Source: Utricularia gibba
Taxonomy: Eukaryota > Plantae > Magnoliophyta
Reading direction: 5' to 3'
NCBI GenBank assembly: GCA_002189035.1
Contig: NEEC01000007.1
Coordinates: 2,666,001 to 2,730,000, forward strand
Length of the DNA stretch: 64,000 bases
Shown here: positions 1-11,121 of the stretch, one piece after another
Layout: each line of letters begins with the position of its first letter
Position numbering within the stretch: position 1 is the stretch's first letter
Notes under the pieces: generated by a model
What the model saw: the letters and a program-made list of their open reading frames with translations, nothing else
Told to the model about the DNA's origin: nothing
Database searches by the model: none
Program-made: the position numbers and the translations under genes

Positions 1-121
1 TCATGTTTTTCTATGCATAATGATTTGTATAGTATGAGGTGAGCATTTTCTGGAATGAAGAAGCTTGTGGGGTTTTTGTTTTTCATACTTGGACATCTGT
101 TTCTTTCATGAATACTTCCAG

Positions 122-787
122 GCACTCGCTTATTATCCCCAAAAGGCACTTCCCTTCACTAGATGCCACTCCTCCTCCGGTATCTTTTCTCTGCCATGGT
201 TCTCTCTCAATGATATCAGAACCTTCCTGATGAATCTGTGCATACTTCGCTCTGTAGATGATCGCAGCAATGTTTTCGAAAGTCCCTTTGATTAGCAACG
301 CCATCATGAAAGCCACTGGCTGCGGTATGTTTGCCTACATCTACTGCTTTCCTCCTCCCCCTCTCCACTGATGTTTACCCCCATGATGCAGATTCATTCA
401 ACTTGCTCGTCAACAATGGCGTTGCTTCTGGGCAAGTTGTATTCCATGTAATCTCCATCAAACTCTTTCCAGAAAGATGCAAAGAAGCTATATAAATATA
501 CCCCACCTGCTTTACTGATTCTGGTTTCAACTCTTTCCAAGTTCAGACTCACATTCACATAATTCCCAGAAAGGCAGGGGACTGTCTATGGACTTCCGCG
601 GTAGGTGCACCAACCAGACTCTGCAACTTGAAAGACTCAAAAGTTGCTGACTTTGTGATGCATCCTGTAGAGTCTACGGAGGCGGCAGCTGAGGCTGGAG
701 CCTCAAGGCTCGCAGCTTGCAAGATCCATTCGGGAGAATCTGTCCACCTTAGAGGAGTGTGAAGATGGAAAGAATCAAAGCATCTAG
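122..787 (+). CDS. HINT3: HIT-family nucleotide hydrolase (HINT3/adenylylsulfatase-like), 3' exons only; 5' part lies upstream of the window
   Basis: Spliced translation HSLIIPKRHFPSLDATPPP|MIAAMFSKVPLISNAIMKATGC|DSFNLLVNNGVASGQVVFH|THIHIIPRKAGDCLWTSA|SLRRRQLRLE...KNQSI*. HIT motif HxHxH intact; GT-AG junctions; stop TAG at 785-787. Confidence 0.9.
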
Positions 788-1156
788 CGTCATGAGCAGA
801 GATCAAGAGTCTGTCTTGTAGATAAGGAAGGGGCTTTATTTTCTGTCATATGAAGCTGTTCTTCTTCGCCATGTTGATGATCATGAGCGGCAGTTGTACA
901 CTGAAACTGAAAGCACTTCTGCTCTTTTACGTGAGTTGCTGTGATCATTTTCTCATGATCTACGATGACCTCCCAGGGGCACGTTCCAAGAGATGGAACC
1001 AGCAACCAGCTAAAGGATCCATCTAGTGTATATCATCAGAAAAGGTTGGAAGGGCAATAACGTCATCTCACAACATATGAGCAAAGGGTGTAAGGGTAAA
1101 ATGGTCCATAGAGCAAAAGGTGCTTGTCATTTTATAATTCTATATATTTCTAATCA

Positions 1157-1508
1157 TGATAATTCACACTAATGTATAATATATTGTTTCGAAACTCATT
1201 TCGAGTCAATTGTATTGATCCATAAAAGCGCGTTCATTGAATGAAAACTTGGTATTAGAAAACTCGAGATGATGTGATTTGAGATTTGAATTTTTATATA
1301 AATTTCATTTTCGAATTGTGATAATTCACGCGATGTATAATATATTGTTTAGAAACTTGAGTCAATCATACATAAAAGTCCATCTATTTGATGAAGACTT
1401 GATATTTGAAAGATGAGTTTATTTTAGTCTACTCTTATCATAAAATAGTTAAAAAACTCGAGATAATGTGATTTGAGACTCAAATTTTGATATAAACCTC
1501 ATTTTCGG
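1157..1508. repeat. Degenerate tandem duplication (~160-190 bp unit) in intergenic DNA
   Basis: tgataattcac..atgtataatatattgttt..gagtcaat..aaaactcgagat(g/a)atgtgatttgaga..cattttcg occurs twice, starting at 1157 and 1319. Confidence 0.75.
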
Positions 1509-1791
1509 TTTCTAACACACATTTTAGGGTTAATATATGGACTTTTACCTAATAGATTTATTAAATTAATAAAAATATGTATAAAAAAATCGTCAACCGT
1601 TTTCAAGTTCAATTGTGATTAAATTTAATGAGAATTATTTTTAATAACGATTTTTTTAGATGTGATAAAAAAATTTAAAATTAAGTCGTCGGCAGTTCAA
1701 TCCTGTTGTTTTTCAGGCGGTTTTGAATCTTCACCTCGGCCTCCTCCCTGGGGATTCTTGATCTTGAATCAAGCGGTAGAGCACAGCGATC

Positions 1792-3666
1792 ATGGGCGGC
1801 GATGGTATAAGTGCATCTTCTTTAGCTGGTAGTGGCGTTTTTTTTAACTTCATAAGAAGCTTTATTTTCCTAGACTTGTGTTGTGTGGACGTACTTTATA
1901 CAAAAATTCGTCATTTTGTGATCACGAGAATGAGTTCTTTGTCTTGCAGTTAACTACGCACTTGATAGCGATGTTTCCAGGTGCTTTTATGTAGTTCACG
2001 TGCAGTCGCTTTCTGATCACTTTGAATTTTCGCTTATTTTCTGGTATGGTTCTTGCGGCTTAGTGATGGCAAGTGCGGATTACTGAAGGATGAGTTTTCC
2101 GGTACTGGGCACCTTGATGCATTACTTTCTGAAGCTGGAGAGAGGCAGAGCGCAAAAGTTTACGCTGAAGTTATGAGGACCTACGAGGATCTTCAATTTA
2201 GAATTGAATCTTTGGACGAGACTAGAAAGAAGATTTTAAGGTATGCTTCATTTTTTCTAACCATTTTGGTTGTAAAACATGCGGTGTTAATGCATTTGAC
2301 TAGAGTTTCTGAAATTGAGCTGGTGCCAGTTTGGTTATTTAACATGTGACTACAAACTTCTCGTTGCATCTTTCAGCTACAAGCCTGGTTTATGGGCTAA
2401 TAACTCAGGCAATGTAGATTTCAGTCAGTCCCACAACTTGGATTGCACTACATTTCTAGTTATTGGGCCAAGAGGATCTGGGAAAAGCAGCCCTATCAAT
2501 ACAATTTCTCGAGTTCTTGATTTGGATGTTTCTGTATCAGGAAAAGCACAAGTGTCATGTATATACCACGACCTTTTTCTTGTTTCAAAGTGAGTCCATT
2601 GGCATCAAACTCCCTTACTTTTGGTCATTATTTATGCAGGTAACTCTTCAGAAGATGGAACTTGTTTCCTATATGAGTACAGGTTCCCGAAAGGTTCAGG
2701 CTCTTTCTGTTTATATGACACCCGTAGTTTGTCAGATGATTTGCATGAGAATGAAAAAATGCTTCAACGTTGGATGAGACAAGGTGTTCGCCATGGGGAA
2801 CTGGTTCAGAGGTTTTACTTAGACATATATTTGATCAGCTAGCTTTGTACACGATAGCAAAGTAAAATTTCTGTATTTTCCAGGAAATCTGATGATGTGC
2901 ATTTAAAGGCTCGCATGAAGCAGAAGGCTCGCAGGGGCTGGTCTTACCGTAAGTCCCGAGCTGTAAATTTCGTCATTTTCGTTGTAAATGGTCTATCCGT
3001 GCTAGAATCAATGATGAGCCCCAGTGGTACCAAGAAACAGTACGCAGTGAAGATATCTGCAGATTTTCACAATGCAATGCTGTCATTCCAAGGTACCAAC
3101 ACAACTCAGTGTTGGTATCCCTCCTGCAAGCCAGATTTTTGATGTAATGCTCTTGTCCTCTTTCTTTTGTTCTCAGTGTCGCTGTTGTGCTCTCAGATGA
3201 TAAGCCTGTTGTTGTTGTAACTCATGGAGATCTTCTTCCGCTTGCTGCACGTGCAAGAATCCGTATTTTCCTGGGGAATTTGCTCGGTATCCCTCCTGCA
3301 AGCCAGATTTTTGATGTCCCAGGTACACAACACAACTCATTCAGGCTTCATCCATAACTGCCAACATTCCCTCCCCTGAATGATTACTCTTCCATGGCTC
3401 GCTCAGATAGTGATGATCCAGCCACCACCATGGCCGTTCTTGATATGTTAACATACAGCCTTGAACACGCTGATAGATATCTGTACTCCCAAACCCCCCA
3501 TGCACTAGCCAGATTGCGGATCATGCTATCCTCTGCAGACCATGCTATCCTATGGTGTGTTTTTGTGGTTACGATGATGGCGATCATGTACAAGATAAAT
3601 CCCCTGTCCACTGAATCCGAAATGGATGTCGATTGGCACAGAATTCGCCATCTGTGGTCGGACTAG
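1792..3666 (+). CDS. Uncharacterised plant P-loop NTPase-superfamily protein (8 exons)
   Basis: ATG 1792 (MGGD|VNYALDSDVS|SDGK...). Walker A GPRGSGKS; LYDTRSL and PVVVVTHGD motifs; DDPAT..LDML.YSLEHADR; hydrophobic C-terminal segment; stop at 3666. All junctions GT-AG and in frame. Confidence 0.8.
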
Positions 3667-3775
3667 ATGAAGCTTCGGTTAGCATGTTGTTGCAATGGCA
3701 AAGCAGGAAAGACATGTGCCACTGTAAATAGAACCCCAAGAAAACTGAGTCTCAAGCATCCGCTTGTAGCAGCTG

Positions 3776-3827
3776 CAAAGTCCTCTGTTCTGGATGTTAC
3801 AAAGTCCTCTGTTCTGGATGTTACAAA
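3776..3827. repeat. Perfect 24-bp tandem duplication in the 3' UTR of the P-loop gene
   Basis: caaagtcctctgttctggatgtta x2 (3776-3799, 3800-3823) plus caaa. Confidence 0.95.
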
Positions 3828-4253
3828 CACCTCCGGATGCTTGTATAAGTTTTTGAGCATCCTAGTGACGTTGCAATAATGTTTGGATCACTAAGCATAA
3901 CAAGTAAATTCTATGAATATAAAAATTTGTTTGGTGCAGTTTCAAAAAATAATTTTAAATAATTGATTTTAGAATCATTTCAGTTTTTTTTTGGAGTAAG
4001 GGTACTCCAACTTCTAAAAGAATTAAATTATTTTGCTATTTCAAACTTATGTGAAACATAAATAGCACGTATTTTATTTGATAATCACTTCTAAAAGTGC
4101 TTTAATTGAATCTGGAGCTTCACAAAACAGACCTTAAGAGAAAAGCTACGAAAACCGAATTTTGGAGTTCTTTTTTCACTGGCAATGTTGTATAATGCAG
4201 AATGCAGGGGATCAGAACGAGGATGAGGACGTTTTTGGGATTGTAGTATGGGG

Positions 4254-5928
4254 TAGAGGTGGGTTCGGTTCGAACCGGAACCGTGGTTTGAACCGAAACC
4301 GTCAATTCCGATTCCGGTTCGATTCCAGGAGGTGGATGTCCGTACGGTTTCGGTTACATACAGTTTCGGTTTGGTTCGGCAAATTTGGAACCGTGGAACC
4401 GACGGTTCCGACCTGTGTGTGAACCGTACTGTTCACGGTTCCAAACCGAAATCGTCGGTTCGGAACCGAAAAAAATTTACAAAAAACATAAAAAAATTAA
4501 AAAATTAGAAAAAAATTAAAAAAAATAAATAAATGTATATTATTTCAGACACTTTTTTCAAACACCCATACGATGGAAGTGAGTGCCTGGAAAATCTTCT
4601 GAAACACCCATTACCAGACACAATGACAATAGATGTGGATGCCTGGAAAATGATCTCAGGCGCCCTCATAACACTCTTACATGAGGCATGAGCAAATGCG
4701 GGTGGCTAGGGAATGGTCTCTATCTTTCAAATATTCTTCCCGGATACTCACAAGCCAATGTGGGTGTCTGAAAAAATGTAATTTTATTTTATATGTTTTC
4801 AATTATTAATAATTTTATCACTTTAATAATTGATTACTTTTTTTTCTAGTAGACAATTATGTTGTTGTTAATGTTAAATTCGTTGAATTCTCATATGCAT
4901 CGTGTGAAATATGCTCTAGTGAATAGTGATCCTTTAAATTCATTTTGGAGGCATGTATAATGATTTCTAAGGGTGCCTCTAATGCCTCGGCAACGTGAGC
5001 CTCAGAATTAGGGTTGTCGTTCAAGGTCGTCCAGACACTTTGATCCATTATTGAGGGTGTCTGGTATCTTCTCTGGAATCTGAACACCCTTAACGATGAC
5101 AACATGTACTTTAGAATTAGGGCTGCTGTTAGAGATTGTCCAGGCAATTTGATCCGTTATTGTGGGTGACTGAGATTTTCTCTAGAGGCTGGATACTCTT
5201 AACGAATATTAAGAGACATGAAATATATGATATTAATTTTGAAAATATAATGTATTTAATCATTCTTATTTTTTGTTTCCAAAATATATGAAATAGATGA
5301 TGTTTTTATTTTAATTTGAAAAATACATAATACTTACAAAAGATTATTTAAAACAACTATATAAACATCTTCATTTTAAAAAAATAAATATATAAATAAT
5401 AATTCCATTCATTTTATATGATTTGTAATCTTGTTGTATTTGTTTTAAAAAAATTAATTTTATCAAATATATATTCAAATGTTAATAATTTAATTATTTA
5501 TTTCATTTATTTAAGTCACAAATTATATTGATTTTAATTATACTTTATTGAGATATTTTATCAAATCATTAAAGTTATAGTTTTTTATAAATTAATATAG
5601 TATATTACATAATATATCTAGTTAAATATAAAAATTAATATTGTTAAATATATTGTTTGATAATATTTAAATATAAAAAAATTAATAATTATTACAAATT
5701 TCATTGTCAATTATAATGATTTATATGGGTGTCTGGAAAACACCTACAAATAGTAATCGATCGGTTCCAGTTCCGGTTACGGTTCGATTCGCGAATCTCG
5801 ATTCGGTTCAAAGTTTCATCCGTACGGTTCTGAACCAAAACCGAAACCGTTGTCTACAGTGAATCGCGGTTTTGAAACCGTTCGGTTCCTAACCGAAACC
5901 GTAGGGTTCGGAAACGAACCCACCTCTA
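4254..5928. mobile_element. Non-autonomous hAT-superfamily DNA transposon (1,675 bp)
   Basis: Perfect 8-bp TSD GTATGGGG at 4246-4253 and 5929-5936. TIRs TAGAGGTGGGTTCG (14 bp identical). Dense subterminal AACCG/CGGTT repeats at 4260-4470 and 5760-5920. No transposase ORF. Confidence 0.93.
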
Positions 5929-6083
5929 GTATGGGGAAGCGTTTTGCCGACAATGGAGGCATTTGCCTTCACTGTGTTGTGTACAAAACAAAAACTAAGC
6001 CAAAAAGGAGTTGGTTCCTCCTATATGATATTGAAAAATAGGAAGAAAAGTGAGAAAACGACCTCCGTTTAGGAATCATATGG

Positions 6084-6923
6084 CTATGGAGTAGGATGCA
6101 CAACGGTTATGTGCCTGAGTGGGTTAGAGACGTTGACACCACCGGCGTGTTGGACGAACCCCGCCGGAGAAAAGGAGCACCCATGGCACTCACACATGAT
6201 GCTCACCTCGTTCCGAGTGTACTTGCACAGAAACCCTTTAACTGTTTTCCCATTGGGACCATTCCCCGTGGCTGAAACACAAGGAATGTAAGTTGCAGTA
6301 GAAACAATGTTGCTTCCCCCTTGTTGTTTGGTGCTTTGGGGGGCCTCTTGACGATTCTCTTCAACGATGGAGGAGAAGCTGACTGATCTGGATCACTCTT
6401 GATACCAGATTTCCGAATGCTGGACTCCGATTCTCGACTGGAAATCGTAGCGTTAAGGGTGTGATCAAAGCCATTGGGTGCAACCAGAGAAGCATCTGCA
6501 CAAGTTGAAGGAATGTCACATTAGTAAAGGCACACTAGCATCCAAGTATGCATTGAAACTACGAGAAAGGTTGTCTGAATCCTTCCTATAAGACAATCAA
6601 AACACATTCATTCGTTCTCAGGTGTCTGACAAAGCCTCCATATCCCACATCTTCAGAAAGAAACCCCAACTGTGAATGGGAATTAGAGCAAGAGGGAATA
6701 TGATTCAGTCACCTCTGTGTTCTATTTTCACATAATGAGGACCCCATGGCTCGTTCAAATCAACCACATTACTCCTCCCAACCAGGAAGCGCAATGCAGC
6801 TTCACCATTTGAATCATTCATTGCTGCTGTGGTTGATGTTCTTCTTCGTTTTGCATAACTTCCTCCAACAGATAACTCGAGGCACAGTTGGATCTCGTCT
6901 TCTTCGCAGCGCCCCTCCATCAT
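6084..6923 (-). CDS. Ninja/AFP (ABI five-binding protein)-family co-repressor, 2 exons, with an apparent 1-nt frameshift
   Basis: Exon 1 (6923-6713) has [15 protein letters not shown] (EAR region). The C-terminus [58 protein letters not shown] is the Ninja/AFP C-domain; stop at 6084-6086. Using the strong acceptor at 6496/6497, the frame breaks at the C5 run 6316-6320. Confidence 0.85.
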
Positions 6924-7013
6924 CTTCCGAATGCAAATCACCAAGGTAAATTGTGTGTTGGTTGCGGGACGGCAGGAGGGAGTTAGGTTTTTCAAGGAGG
7001 GGGTGGGGTGTGC

Positions 7014-7144
7014 GCCACGTGGCGTTGGGAACGTCTGCTTCCGAGAATAACGGTGCCCACAGAAAAATCTTGACCTGGGAAGACGACACGTGTCCTGCTG
7101 TGGTTCACGGCGGGGAGACCACCGTCAGAGAGATTACGCGTGGC
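7014..7144. promoter_or_regulatory. ABRE/G-box cluster upstream of the AFP gene
   Basis: GCCACGTGGC 7014-7023, GACACGTGTC 7085-7094, CE3-like ACGCGTGGC 7136-7144. Consistent with the known ABA inducibility of AFP genes. Confidence 0.7.
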
Positions 7145-7532
7145 AGACGGTTGTGGGGGTGACACCTGTCAGTCGCCGTGTCGTAAATGCATTCCAAGAA
7201 ACGGGTGGACATTCAATAGTCACACCAAAGGAAACTATTCCTTCCATAAATAGATGGACACCACCAAATTCACGTGCAAACCTGTCACTATCACTATTTA
7301 TTATTGATTATATGTTTTCATTTATTACAAATATCGTGAACCATTGAAATTATTTGATGGATCTCTGTCGGATCCATTACATTTTTTCTGACACAATTAT
7401 ATTTAAAATATATTACAAATATTCTAAATTTAATAGACCATGGTGCAATCCCATAGAATCAGTGACGGAATATAATAAAAACTGAAAACCCGCATCGTAA
7501 AATGACATCAGCGAGACTGGGGATGTGGAAAA

Positions 7533-7578
7533 TGGGCTCTGCAATAAAATGGGCTTATGCAATTAGGGGTTTTGGGCC
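7533..7578. promoter_or_regulatory. Site II (TGGGCY) element triplet upstream of URM1
   Basis: TGGGCT 7533, TGGGCT 7550, TGGGCC 7573. Confidence 0.6.
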
Positions 7579-7806
7579 ACGGGAATCTTCTTGTCCTCTT
7601 TATCTCGTCGGCTTCCGTTTTCTGGAGAACGTGTTTCGCCGCAGCTGGTGGTGATTCCGCAGGTGAGTCGGATTTTTCTGCCTTTGTGTTTTTCCATGTT
7701 TTGATGATTGATTTGCATAGACGATTGAATTTCTTCATCTGCTTCTATTATGGTAAAGATTCGCCTCTTGTTTTTACTCAGGTGAAAGGGATTTGGCGTC
7801 GGTGCC

Positions 7807-8649
7807 ATGCATCTCACACTTGAGTTCGGGTAATGTTTAGTGCTTTGGACGCCATATTTTTGTACTTCACACTTTCCTTCAAGAGCTTGAAAATTGAGTT
7901 TGATTTAATTCGGTCAGCTTGAGGAACTCGAACATAAATTCTTTTGATGGTTGATTTTATTTTTCTCCCCTTTGTTTGAGTAAGACCCCGTTAGCAGGTT
8001 CAAATGCTTTTGTCCGCGTCTCAGATAGAGCCACCTTCAACCTCATTTGGCCAAGTTTTAAAAATGCCGATGCCAATTACGCTGCATCTAGTTTCTTTCA
8101 ATGAATCGAACTTGCAAATGGGAAGGGGATATGCTAGCCTACCCTCTTTCATTGCAATTGTGTGCCATGGTTTTATGTACATTTCTGAATTCCGTCACTG
8201 CATTCCAGCGGAGGACTTGAACTTCTTTGCAAGTCTGTTAAAATCCATGACGTGAATGTTGAACCACCAGACAGCGAAGAAAAGGTCAGTTTTTTTCTAC
8301 AGGGACTGCTTGTTGTCTTTATAAGGAAGCACTTAATCTATTTGATAAAACCTCCTTTTTTCAACAGCTAACCATGAAGCACTTGCTGTCATGGGTGCGA
8401 ACAAACTTGATCGACGAAAGGCCAGAGATGTTCATGAAAGGTGATAGCGTGTAAGTAACTCATTCCCTGGCTCAAGCAATTGACATGAAATTCGACTTCA
8501 ACATCCCTTATCTTTCTTCTTGGTGTTGCAGGAGGCCTGGAGTTCTTGTTCTGGTAAATGACTCTGATTGGGAACTGAGTGGACAACTTGAGACTGTGCT
8601 GGAAGACAATGATGTTGTAGTCTTCATATCAACCTTGCACGGCGGATGA
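7807..8649 (+). CDS. URM1: Ubiquitin-related modifier 1 (sulfur carrier for tRNA U34 thiolation), 4 exons
   Basis: MHLTLEFG|[25 protein letters not shown]|[28 protein letters not shown]|[38 protein letters not shown]; C-terminal GG. Confidence 0.96.
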
Positions 8650-8840
8650 GACACCTGAGAGAAGCATGTGCTGTCCATGGCTGCGATACAACAGACTCAG
8701 CATACAAAGGTCAGTCCGCTATGCAACTCTTCAGCTGCGTATTGTAGTGATGCAGTCTTTGGAGACTTTCCAACCTTGTTAATACGATTCAGTTTGAAAT
8801 CAATGTATGTTTAAGCTTGAGTATAACATTACATGTAGCT

Positions 8841-8949
8841 TATGTCGACTCTAGATGTTGTGAAATGACTTGAGAGTTATAAGATAGATGAGAACCCTCG
8901 GCAACATGACTTGAGAGTTATGTTGACTCTAGACGTTGTGAAATCACTT
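8841..8949. repeat. Interrupted ~37-bp tandem repeat downstream of URM1
   Basis: atgacttgagagttatgttgactctagacgttgtgaa unit at 8906-8942; partial and permuted copies at 8841-8880 and 8943-8949. Confidence 0.7.
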
Positions 8950-11121
8950 AATTTTAACGTTATTTTACTTATTTCGTGAATTATAAGTGGGGGTGATGCC
9001 CCTCTTTTTGCACCTGGTCATGTTTCGATGCATGAGAGTTTGCTTAATAATTTATTATTTTAATTTTTTTAAAATGTAAATATTATAAAATATTTTTGAT
9101 ATTACAATAAACGAAAAGATATTGTAAGATAATGAAAATAATGATGTGGATCAAAGTTTCATTAATGCAGAAATGTATTCTTATGTGTGTAATTGATTCA
9201 TTTATACAAATTATGATGATGCAATTTTTGTAATTTTTTCGACTTTTTTAACACCATACAATTTTAAAACCGTGCATGTTTAAGCATGAATACAGCATTA
9301 CACGAGCTTTTTAATCTTCGATTTACTCCTAAAATCGAATCTTTCTAATTGATTCAGTCGCGAGAAGTTTACTGAATCCAATCATTTTGGTGGAGTAAAA
9401 ACATAGTAACCATGTGATATTCATAACTAAAAATGCATTATTTACCGAACAGAAACATTTTGGTCTTGCTCGCTTTGTGTGTGTCCAGCGAATTTACCTT
9501 CTGGGTAAAGAAAAAATGATTTACCTTTTTTATATTTGTTTCCGTACAAGCAGACACAAATAGGGTTCTTTCGGAGCTCCAAAAGGGTACCCATCAAAGA
9601 TGCAATATTCATATTTTAATCAATTTAGGGTTTTATTTAGTAAGGTGAAATTAGGCAATTTTTAACAGTCGCACTCCTCAATCCTGATGATTGTCGCAGT
9701 GAACTGTAATGGTAAAAAAAGATGAAATAATCGAAAAAAAAAAGAATTTGAGATTGAGAAATTGATTTCACGAAGAGCAACGAAGACGAAGAAGCCTGTA
9801 AACAAAACAAGCAAAATTTGCTAGTTCCCTTGCAGAAGGGCACCACAGTATTCATTCGAACTCCTCGAGCGGGAATGTTTTGATTGTTGTTTCACCGGAA
9901 CATGTGGCTCCGTTTGCTCTCAGTTGATGTGATTATTGCATCATAAACGATAACCCTAGGTGGTGGTCGTGGAGTTTTTATGCTTAATTTCTGGCCCAGC
10001 TTGGAATAAGCAGCATTTTTCGCAAGCCCTAGAATTGGTGAGGAATCAGGTACTTGAAACCCTAGTATGCGCATTTGTTGATTGAGAAACGGGTGTGATT
10101 CTTTGAAGGGTTTTTCGGATGCGTTGGTGTGGTTTCCACTTACATTTGCGTAATAGGATATCCGCAATGGGCTATTACGCTCATGTGCCACGGTGAGACG
10201 AGTGGTCATGGTGGAATGGTTTATGTTGAGTTTGTTTAGTTGTGAAAACCGGGGTTTTTTTGTTCTGTTTTTCCTTTTTCGTAATTTTTGGTTATATATG
10301 TATGGATAGTCCTAGGTGGTCGAACAGTAAAGGGAGCAAAAGTCGATATTTATGGGAGTATGTACAGTTAAGTTTTTTTTGTGTTTATGATTTGTTTAAC
10401 CAGCTTTGGTACGTGGAAACTGGTTTTGCTGTTTTTGTATGCCAGTGCATCCGTAGAAGCTTTTGCATGTAATAAGATTGTAATTTTGCATTGCTCCAAG
10501 CTTCTTATCTGTAAGTGATATGAACCAGTGAATTCCTGAAAGGGCTGCTGAGACTAGGACAAGTGGGAACCTTTGATGGTGTTTCCCTAGTTTTTGGCAT
10601 ACTGGTGGCAAAATAGCTGCATGTAGTGCCTGTTTCATGCTTTCTGCTTACCGAATAGATGCTTATCTGGTCAGATTGTGTATTGACTACCCAATGATCG
10701 GTGTTATATAGAGATTTGGTTGATTTTTTTGAGGGAGAAATCAGCAATTTTAGCATTCAACATTTAGTGATGGATATCCATCATGAAACGCAGTTTTGAT
10801 TGCTCAAATCTTACTCTTGTACCGTTCTCTTGATGGATAATTTGTGCAAAACCTGAGTTTATCGTTTTTGGAGTAATGTCGGAAGCCAGGTTCTGCTACC
10901 CTATGCTGGATTTTTTTTTTCTAGTTTTGTCAGAACCGTCTGTATTGAAAATTCATGCAAGTGAAATATTTATGAACATGAATGTCAAGAGCAGTGAGCA
11001 TGACCCCCTGGGAGAAGAAGCATTGAATAACTTTCATTAAAAATGCAGTTCATGATGAAGATCTTTTACCCTTTGTAGCTCCATTAATGGTGGAGGTCAT
11101 ATATGGCTGTTGAAGTGGGGA

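Noticed and set aside
1-121. Possible 6-nt microexon (tag|TATGAG|gtgag) in HINT3
   Set aside because: Its phase does not match the next exon and the expected CILDxNPLS segment is missing; cannot be resolved at the window edge.
790-1060. Coding-like stretch after the HINT3 stop (59-aa plus-strand ORF from 850; faint SISWNV PPR-like piece on the minus strand)
   Set aside because: No convincing family motif, several stops; most simply 3' UTR.
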